Of a stretch of DNA of 55,043 nt, positions 48,024 to 55,043 are shown piece after piece. The position numbers were made by a program, and so were the translations under genes. Location of the stretch: NCBI GenBank assembly GCA_947629035.1, contig CANRCE010000004.1:1-55043 (forward strand), given 5' to 3'. A model generated the notes under the pieces. The model was not told the DNA's origin. It saw only the letters and a program-made list of their open reading frames with translations, and did not search any database. Source of the stretch: an uncultured Bacilli bacterium (lineage in GTDB: Bacteria; Bacillota_I; Bacilli_A; RF39; UBA660). The first letter of the stretch is position 1, and each line of letters opens with the position of its first letter.

Positions 48024-50198
48024 TTACTTTTTATACTTATTTTCAATAATATCTTTTAAACCAGTCTTACGTCCCTCAATATAATCATTTTTTACACCAT
48101 AAATAAAAGCATTAGGATCTCCTAAAATAATTAACTTATTTTTAGCTCTTGTAAGAGCTGTATATACTAATTTATTATAAAGCATTCTCTTGTAGGAATT
48201 TACAAAAGGAATAATTACCATATCAAATTCACTACCTTGAGCTTTATGAACACTAATAGCATAACCATGTCTAAAATTAATAAATTTATCTTTAGTATAA
48301 GTTACCTTATTGCCATCAAAATCAATAATTATTTCTATCTTCTCTTTTGTTTTACTTATATCATAAATATAACCAATATCACCATTATAAACATTATTAT
48401 CAGGATCATTTATAAGTTGTAAAATTTTATCACCTATTCTATAAACTACTTCACCATATGTATATTCATTTTTTTTATTATTTTTAGGATTAAAAATCTC
48501 TTGTAATATTTTATTTAAATTATCAATACCATTTATTCCTTTATACATTGGAGCAAGTACTTGAATATCTTTTTTTGTATAACCTTTAGCCATAGCTTTA
48601 GTTATTACTTGAACAAGTGATGAATTAATCTGATCAGCCGTACATAAAACAAAATTATAATCATCTTTTTTTGACATAAAGTTTTCACTTAAATCTTTAT
48701 TTTTTACTTCATAAGCTAAATTAACAATATAAGAAGAATCTATTTGACGATAAATTTGATTTAAACTTATAACATCAAACATATTACTATCAATTAAATC
48801 TTTTAACACTTGACCTTCCCTTACACTAGGAAGTTGATAATAATCTCCCACTAAAATAAATTTAGCATCTCTTTTAGTTCCCTCAAAAAGACTTTTAAAA
48901 ACTAAAGTATCTATCATACTTACTTCATCTACAATAATATAATGTTCACTGTTTGAATTATAGGCATCAACTTTAAAAGTATTACTTTCTTTATCCCACC
49001 CTAAATATTTATGAATAGTACAAGCTACTAAATTCGTTGTTTCCATCATTTTTTTTGCTGCTCTTCCAGTCGGAGCCAATAGAGCAATATCTTCTTTTTT
49101 TACTTTTAATTCATTAATAAGAAGACTTACAATAGCTTTAATAATTGTAGTTTTACCTGTTCCTGGACCTCCAGTTATAATGGTTATGTTATTACTTACA
49201 GCTTTAATAATAGCTTTTTTTTGAATATCATCATATTTAATATTATTATCTTTTTCTATATTATCAATCTTTTTTTCTAAATTAGGATATTTACTGATAC
49301 TCATATCATTTAAAAAACATAAACGACTTGCTATATAATTTTCAGCTTCATAAAATTCTCTTAAATAATATTTATTATCTATTATTACTATTTTACCCAT
49401 TTTATTAAGTTTAATAATATTAGCCTCTAAATTAGAAGAAGAAATATCTAAAAATTCTTCTACTTTTTTTAAAATTTCATCAAAATTTAAGTATGTATCA
49501 CCTTTTTCAAAACATAACTGTTTCATAGCATAAATAATTAATGCATTAATTCTCTTCTCATCATCTACTTTTATTCCATTATTTAGAGCAATATTATCAA
49601 TTTCAACAAAATTAAAATCATCTTTTTCAATTAAATCATATATATTATCCTTAATTATATCTAATGTTTTAGTTTTATATTTATTTAACAAATTAAGAGC
49701 TTTTTTAGTAGAAAACCCCATTTCTCCCAATTTAATAACTATTGATGAGGTATATTGATAATCTTGTAAAATATTATAAATCTTATCAATTTTAGTTTGA
49801 CTAAGTCTAGGTATCATAAGTAAGTCATTAGGACTATTTAAAATAATTTCTAAAGTATCAGAACCAAATTTATCTACTATCTTACTAGCCATTTTTTCAG
49901 TAATAGGAAATAAATCACTAGATAAAAATTCAATTAGTTCTTCTTTTTTACTTGGCATTAATATTTCATAACTAGATACTTCAAATTGTAATCCATATTT
50001 AGAATGTTCTATTAAATTACCATTTAGCATATATCCATTTTTTAACCTTAAATCAGCAAATGTCCCCACAAAAGAAATAGTATTAATCTTTTCTATTTCC
50101 AAAATATCAGTTTCTTTAATATTTACAATACCTACTGTATAACCATTAATTTCATTACGATATATTTCCTTACTATAAATTCCTTTGATATACGCCAT
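48024..50198 (-). CDS. recD2: ATP-dependent RecD2 helicase
   Basis: N-terminal 'HSKYGLQF', 'TGGPGTGKTT', 'LAPTGRAA', 'DEVSM', 'HKAQGSE'. Confidence 0.95.
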   Translation of the reverse strand: MAYIKGIYSKEIYRNEINGYTVGIVNIKETDILEIEKINTISFVGTFADLRLKNGYMLNGNLIEHSKYGLQFEVSSYEILMPSKKEELIEFLSSDLFPITEKMASKIVDKFGSDTLEIILNSPNDLLMIPRLSQTKIDKIYNILQDYQYTSSIVIKLGEMGFSTKKALNLLNKYKTKTLDIIKDNIYDLIEKDDFNFVEIDNIALNNGIKVDDEKRINALIIYAMKQLCFEKGDTYLNFDEILKKVEEFLDISSSNLEANIIKLNKMGKIVIIDNKYYLREFYEAENYIASRLCFLNDMSISKYPNLEKKIDNIEKDNNIKYDDIQKKAIIKAVSNNITIITGGPGTGKTTIIKAIVSLLINELKVKKEDIALLAPTGRAAKKMMETTNLVACTIHKYLGWDKESNTFKVDAYNSNSEHYIIVDEVSMIDTLVFKSLFEGTKRDAKFILVGDYYQLPSVREGQVLKDLIDSNMFDVISLNQIYRQIDSSYIVNLAYEVKNKDLSENFMSKKDDYNFVLCTADQINSSLVQVITKAMAKGYTKKDIQVLAPMYKGINGIDNLNKILQEIFNPKNNKKNEYTYGEVVYRIGDKILQLINDPDNNVYNGDIGYIYDISKTKEKIEIIIDFDGNKVTYTKDKFINFRHGYAISVHKAQGSEFDMVIIPFVNSYKRMLYNKLVYTALTRAKNKLIILGDPNAFIYGVKNDYIEGRKTGLKDIIENKYKK

Positions 50199-50276
50199 AA
50201 TAAATCACCATATCAATTATATAACAATTTTTAAGAAAGTAAAAGAAAAAATAACTATTTAAAATAACTTAAATAA

Positions 50277-51791
50277 TTATTTACAATCAGTATCATAACA
50301 AATGATAAACGGATCAGTTTTACTACCAGAACCACTTACTAATTTTACATCTTTATTTAAATAAAAAGTTGGTCGTACTATTGCTGATTTTAATTCAGGA
50401 CCATCAGGGTCAACATAAGATGACACTATGCCATCCACAATTGCAAAAATAGTTCTTTTATTTTGACCAGATTCACTAGGTGATAATATATTTTCAGTTT
50501 GTCCGAAATAAAGCCAATTAAAGGCATGATAATTATGGTGTGCTTGATGTTTGACTTCATAATCATTAAGGTCACTAATTGACAATGCTGTAATTTCTGT
50601 TTGACTATAAGAATTAGAACTTGCATATAAGTAATCAGTTGAATACATCAATCCTATTCTAGCTTTATAAGCATTCGTATCTTCACTTCGCTCCCAATTA
50701 TAGAATTTATATAAAGTAGAGGCTGAATCTCCATAATTCGTATTGAACCAAGGAGTTGGCCAAGATGCGTTATCCTGTATATATTTTTTATATTTTTCAT
50801 TTAATATTTTACTAGCTATTTCACTACAATCTGGTTGAGGACAAAAAGAGATACCATCACGGAAATCGAATGCTCCACATTCTTCAGTATAACTATAATA
50901 TTTGTTCAAATAATTACCACAGTGTTTTTTAATATAATCATTATCAGCAATGTTTTTTGTTTCATCTAAAGTTATACTTTGTTCGGGATAATAATAATTA
51001 TTAAGTAAATATGCTAGTGCTGTGCTTGAAAAATTAGCTGTAAGCCCCCAGTTTTCTGATACAGCTGTTGTAGGTGGCTCATACATTGCTCCATATACTG
51101 CTGTTGCTATAGAATCATTAGATATTAATTTTATTAAATTTTCTTTTTCTATACCATGAGTATTATCATCAAATACCCCAATTATTCTATATAACTGTTC
51201 ATTAAATTTTACATAATTATTTGGACTTTTTCCAACATAACGACATTCATGATATTTAGTTTGTTCATTTTCGATATAGCTACTAGTTTGATAAATATCA
51301 TTTGAGTTAGTATTGTAAACATTTCCATTTTCACTACACACGTTTAATAAGTATTCATTAAATGGTATAGCTTCCTCTATTATTGTTCCAACATCAATAG
51401 AGGGATTAGTTTTATCTACCTTACATTTATTTAAACCACTTATGCTACTTGCTAATTTATATGAATTAGTATTTTTATCATATATTACATATTCTTCTTT
51501 AATTAAATCATCATCATTTGTATCCTTTAAGTCACTTTCCTTAATTAAATTTTGATTTACCAAATCTTTAATTTCAACATAACAAGTTCCAGTTAAATCA
51601 CCCATATTGTTTGCTAAATATAACTCTGCTGCTGATAATACTAAATTTTGTTTATTTACTTCGATATTTTTATTTTCTTTATTTAAACTACTTATAATAT
51701 TTGGAACAGCAATTAATAATATTGTTATCAATATAACTATTACCCCAAGTAATTCTACTAGTGTAAATCCTTTATTACTTAATTTTTTCAT
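50277..51791 (-). CDS. Type IV pilin fused to a large C-terminal (putative adhesin) domain
   Basis: 'KG|FTLVELL'; 'YVGKSPNNYVKFNEQLYRIIG', 'IGLMYSTDY', 'VRPTFYL...GSGSKTDPF'. Confidence 0.8.
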   Translation of the reverse strand: MKKLSNKGFTLVELLGVIVILITILLIAVPNIISSLNKENKNIEVNKQNLVLSAAELYLANNMGDLTGTCYVEIKDLVNQNLIKESDLKDTNDDDLIKEEYVIYDKNTNSYKLASSISGLNKCKVDKTNPSIDVGTIIEEAIPFNEYLLNVCSENGNVYNTNSNDIYQTSSYIENEQTKYHECRYVGKSPNNYVKFNEQLYRIIGVFDDNTHGIEKENLIKLISNDSIATAVYGAMYEPPTTAVSENWGLTANFSSTALAYLLNNYYYPEQSITLDETKNIADNDYIKKHCGNYLNKYYSYTEECGAFDFRDGISFCPQPDCSEIASKILNEKYKKYIQDNASWPTPWFNTNYGDSASTLYKFYNWERSEDTNAYKARIGLMYSTDYLYASSNSYSQTEITALSISDLNDYEVKHQAHHNYHAFNWLYFGQTENILSPSESGQNKRTIFAIVDGIVSSYVDPDGPELKSAIVRPTFYLNKDVKLVSGSGSKTDPFIICYDTDCK

Positions 51792-51878
51792 ATATTCACC
51801 CTATTTTCCTAATATATAAAAATAATAACATAAATTTTATTTTTCTTCAAGAATATTTAAAAACTTGAGTAATTTTTC

Positions 51879-53192
51879 TTACTCAAGTGTTGTTAAAATA
51901 CTAAATAAGTAACTATCTTCAAGCTTATCTAAAAGATTAATACCTATCATACTTAATTCTTCTTCACCTAAATCATCTATTAAAACAGCATTTTCATAAT
52001 CAAAAGTTGATAAATATTCTATTGGTTTAATACTTGCTGTTATGTTTAATTTCCCATAATTTGTATCTTCTTCAATTATATTTGATGTCATATTAATATC
52101 TATTACCTTATCACTTATAGATAAATTAATCTTATAATTATCTTTAGTATCTTCAATATTTAAGGTTTCATTATTTCCATTTTGAATATATGATATATTA
52201 GCCTTTTCTATATCATTTTTATAAAATTTCAAGTTTTCTTTTGTTCCTTCTAATACATATTTATCTTCATTATTAATAAAATTCATAAAATAGTTATTAT
52301 CTATATTTATATAAGATATTTCATCGTTATTAGAAATATCATCTTTAGTTACAATATTAACTTTTCCTCCAACTAAAGTAAACATGTTTTTTGAATAAAA
52401 ACTAATTATTAAAGTTTCTTTTTCTAATTGTTCTTGATTATCTTCTATTTCTTTTACAAGTTTCAACTCTTCATCACTAATTTTTTTGTATAAACTTATA
52501 AACTTTTCATCATTTTCTATTTTAATACATAAGTTTTTTAAAAAATCATAAGCATTATTTTCTATAAAATATTCTTTTAAATTATATTTTTTATTATTTA
52601 TAGTAACAGTTGTACTTTTTTTATTAATTAAATCGTAATCTATACTATCTTGAATATATGTTTTTATTATTGATAGTATTTCTTTTAAATCATCACTATT
52701 AATATTTGATAATTTTGAAACATCTTTTAAACTTTGTTGATAGTCAGCATTTTCCATATTTATTTTTAATATTTTACCATATATGTCTTTCAAATCAAGA
52801 TAAGCATACTCTTCACTTTCAAATAAAAATGAAGCATCTATTATTTCTTTATTGTTTTCGCTATATTTTAAATCCAATAATGATTGCTTACTATTAGTAT
52901 CCATTGTTACGTTAGCATTTAAATTAATTCCATTAAAATCTGAAACTTTAGCTAATGTTTTTACATAATCTGATAATTCATAACTTATATTTATATCATT
53001 ATTAATGATATCATTTTCTAAATAAGTAGAAGCTCTATTATTATTATCATCTATAAAATTAAAAATACTACCTATTGCTTGAGTAAAAATAATTTTAGGA
53101 TAAAAATAATTAGCAAAAACCATAACCCCACCAACTACCATAGCTACAACAATAATAAAAGTAACTATAGGTATCAAAATTTTACTCTTCAC
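51879..53192 (-). CDS. Hypothetical membrane-anchored extracellular protein
   Basis: N-terminal TM, beta-rich acidic/Asn-rich body, 437 aa. Confidence 0.75.
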   Translation of the reverse strand: MKSKILIPIVTFIIVVAMVVGGVMVFANYFYPKIIFTQAIGSIFNFIDDNNNRASTYLENDIINNDINISYELSDYVKTLAKVSDFNGINLNANVTMDTNSKQSLLDLKYSENNKEIIDASFLFESEEYAYLDLKDIYGKILKINMENADYQQSLKDVSKLSNINSDDLKEILSIIKTYIQDSIDYDLINKKSTTVTINNKKYNLKEYFIENNAYDFLKNLCIKIENDEKFISLYKKISDEELKLVKEIEDNQEQLEKETLIISFYSKNMFTLVGGKVNIVTKDDISNNDEISYINIDNNYFMNFINNEDKYVLEGTKENLKFYKNDIEKANISYIQNGNNETLNIEDTKDNYKINLSISDKVIDINMTSNIIEEDTNYGKLNITASIKPIEYLSTFDYENAVLIDDLGEEELSMIGINLLDKLEDSYLFSILTTLE

Positions 53193-53279
53193 TACAACAC
53201 TTCCTTCTATTTAATTATACTTCATCTTTCTTTTTAAAACAATATTTTTTTTGAAAAAAAGCTACTTTTTTATGGTAGC

Positions 53280-53486
53280 TTATAAAGTTATTTCTCCTAA
53301 TCTAATTAATTCAACAACAGCCTGTGCTCTTCCTTTTACTGATAATTTTTGCATAGCATTAGAAACATGATTTCTAACTGTTTTTTCACTAATATTTAAA
53401 GATTTTGCTATATCCTTAGTTGTTTTATTTTGCACTAATAAAGAGAACACTTCTTTTTCTCTTTTGGTTAATATACTCTTACCCAT
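53280..53486 (-). CDS. gerE: Spore coat transcription factor GerE
   Basis: 'LTKREKEVF.LLVQ.KTTK.IA..L.ISEKTVRNHVSNAMQKL.VKGRAQAVVEL.R.GE'. Confidence 0.93.
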   Translation of the reverse strand: MGKSILTKREKEVFSLLVQNKTTKDIAKSLNISEKTVRNHVSNAMQKLSVKGRAQAVVELIRLGEITL

Positions 53487-53529
53487 AAATACCTCACTTT
53501 TCTTTAGGGTGGTTTATGTTTATTCATAA

Positions 53530-53557
53530 TATTGTATGTGTTTATGTTTTTTTAGTG
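53530..53557 (-). promoter_or_regulatory. SigK promoter of gerE
   Basis: CAC, 16 bp, CATACAATA. Confidence 0.7.
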
Positions 53558-53575
53558 AAGAGTATTTAACCTATT

Positions 53576-54088
53576 TTAAGCTTGAAATTGAACTGAAATA
53601 TACATCTTTTTATCAAATTCTTGTTGGACTAGTCGCATAATATTGTTAGCAAGTGTCGTATTATGTTCACTAGTTCCAACAACTACTCTTATTTGGTCAT
53701 CTGTAATTTTAACAAAACTATCAACTTTATATTCATCTTTTATTTTAGCTTCGATTGTTTCTTCTTTTGAAGAATTTTGATTAATTAATTTTAATTTATC
53801 AAAAGCAGTATTTTTTTCTTCGACACTAACTTCAGCATCAGTAAGTGTTTTTTTAAGTTCATTTATTTCTTCTAAAACTTTATTTTCATCTTCAACTTTT
53901 AATGCAGATATAACATTACTTTCACTGATATCTACATTAACATTATCATTTGAACCTAAATTATCAGATTCTAGAATATTACTATTATTAGTAGTTAATA
54001 ATTCGCTTGGCATTGTTACATAATAAATACTTAATACTAATACTAAACTAAATAATGTTAAAAACCATAGATTCTTTTTATTTATCAT
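53576..54088 (-). CDS. spoIIIAH: Stage III sporulation protein AH
   Basis: 'KKNLWFLTLFSLVLVLSIYY', 'EETIEAKIK', 'DSFV', 'RVVV'. Confidence 0.88.
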   Translation of the reverse strand: MINKKNLWFLTLFSLVLVLSIYYVTMPSELLTTNNSNILESDNLGSNDNVNVDISESNVISALKVEDENKVLEEINELKKTLTDAEVSVEEKNTAFDKLKLINQNSSKEETIEAKIKDEYKVDSFVKITDDQIRVVVGTSEHNTTLANNIMRLVQQEFDKKMYISVQFQA

Positions 54089-54184
54089 TTTTCTAGTCCC
54101 TCTTTTCTTTCTAATAAAGTATATTATATCTTTTAAAAAAAAGAACTAAATAAAAAAAATATCTGTTTTATTAATAGATTTTTT

Positions 54185-54216
54185 AAAAAAAAGGCCAAGA
54201 TTTTAAATCTTAACCT
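54185..54216 (-). terminator. Intrinsic terminator upstream of spoIIIAH
   Basis: AGGTTAAGATT/AATCTTGGCCT stem with long T-run. Confidence 0.7.
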
Positions 54217-54297
54217 AATTTTAATTTATATAAATTTTCTAACAGAATTATTTCATCAATAACATAAAAGTTAATTATATCACAATCATCAATTAAC

Positions 54298-54370
54298 AAA
54301 AATACCTAATCTCTTAAAAAAAAATTAGGTAGATTGACTTAAGGCTTCGTAAGTTTCTTAAATACTAATC
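54298..54370 (-). ncRNA. Candidate ~73-nt RNA (hairpin + terminator)
   Basis: Consensus promoter immediately upstream; bulged hairpin; TACCTAAT/ATTAGGTA terminator with T5. Confidence 0.55.
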
Positions 54371-54376
54371 GATGTA

Positions 54377-54405
54377 AGTATATCAGATATTAATATTGAT
54401 GTCAA
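54377..54405 (-). promoter_or_regulatory. SigA promoter
   Basis: TTGACA (54405-54400), 17 bp, TG-n-TATACT (54382-54377). Confidence 0.8.
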
Positions 54406-54590
54406 CTAAATTTTTTCAAAATTTATTTATAATTTTTTTCAATTTTTTATCAATTATTTCAATAAACATAAAACGATTTTATAAAACTATTTGTTTTCAT
54501 TTCCACGTATAGCAACTTGGGCAGCAATCTCATTTGGGATGAATAAGATTAAACTTATAAAATATTATTTTTAAAATGACTTATTTGAAT

Positions 54591-55043
54591 TTATTTTATT
54601 TCTTCTAACATTTTTTCTTTTAGTTTGTCTATATTCGTAAAAAATAAATTTGTGCCTCTCTTTTTTAACCCTATCATATTTTTAAATAAACTTTTAATTT
54701 CATTTTGTAAATATGTTGGAACTATTAGTGGTACTCCATCAACAGTATGAACATGGTCTATATATTTTTCCAGTGTTGGAAAGGCATTTTGTAATAATAT
54801 AGCAGCATCTTCATCGGCAATTTTTCTAATAATTATAGTATTACAAAATCCATACTTCTCGACTTTTTTATCAATAATCTTTTGATATTTATCAACTTTA
54901 GAGCTAATAGGAATAAACCATAAAATATTTTTATCTTTAATTGTAAAATAAGTAGGCCTCTTCTTACCTTTTTCGTGATTTTGCATTAAATTTTCATCAT
55001 TAACGACATCAAAATATTCATCTTTGATGTGATATAAATAACC
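54591..55043 (-). CDS. Type III toxin-antitoxin toxin, CptN-like (5' end outside window)
   Basis: Frame open to window end: 'GYLYHIKDEYFD...LMQNHE..KRP.YF', 'WFIPISSKVDKY', 'LLQNAFP'. Confidence 0.75.
   Translation of the reverse strand, partial: GYLYHIKDEYFDVVNDENLMQNHEKGKKRPTYFTIKDKNILWFIPISSKVDKYQKIIDKKVEKYGFCNTIIIRKIADEDAAILLQNAFPTLEKYIDHVHTVDGVPLIVPTYLQNEIKSLFKNMIGLKKRGTNLFFTNIDKLKEKMLEEIK

Noticed and set aside
48237-48422. 61-aa plus-strand ORF
   Set aside because: Antisense shadow of recD2
50426-50626. 66-aa alternative-frame ORF in the pilin-adhesin gene
   Set aside because: Nested, with no RBS or slippery site seen
51607-51819. 70-aa plus-strand ORF
   Set aside because: Antisense shadow of the pilin N-terminus
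52706-52897. 63-aa plus-strand ORF
   Set aside because: Antisense shadow of 51879-53192
54210-54299. 29-codon TTG-start minus frame (LLIDDCDII...)
   Set aside because: No convincing RBS, overlaps two terminators; expected by chance
1-55043. CRISPR array, tRNA/rRNA, IS/integrase, complete DGR, TGA recoding
   Set aside because: No spaced repeats, cloverleafs, transposase/integrase or RT motifs seen; TGA ends several full-length genes (e.g. rnc, prepilin peptidase), consistent with code 11

Overview
Very AT-rich chromosomal segment of a spore-forming, apparently genome-reduced member of the Bacilli. Gene content and style suggest an RF39/Erysipelotrichia-like gut lineage (inference). Most genes lie on the minus strand. 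Housekeeping: parE, murG-murB-divIB, alaS, nfo, rsmD, rnhC, trmB, thiI, hemW, ftsW-family, rnc, yidD, murE, recD2. Sporulation: spoIIGA-sigE, yqfQ, ylbD-ylbE, ylbF, alpha/beta SASP, sspI, yrzQ-like, gerE, a lone spoIIIAH, with recognisable SigK/SigG-type promoters. Surface genes: a dispersed type IV pilus set (pilC, prepilin peptidase, three pilins including a pilin-adhesin fusion), three proteins with SipW-class signal peptides, and several exported cell-wall enzymes. Toxin-antitoxin loci sit at both ends (DinJ/RelB-YafQ; a CptN-like type III toxin cut by the window edge). Best leads: (i) three unannotated ORF-less structured RNA candidates (~28930-29105, ~33355-33455, ~54298-54370), two exposing anti-Shine-Dalgarno motifs; (ii) a dcw/spoIIG locus without ftsA, ftsZ and sigG, plus spoIIIAH without spoIIIAA-AG; (iii) a scattered modular pilin and TasA-like repertoire; (iv) degenerate proteins (DGNEF cyclase, His-less metal-binding lipoprotein). 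No rRNA, tRNA, CRISPR array, transposase, integrase or reverse transcriptase was seen. All family calls are from motif recognition, not database searches.
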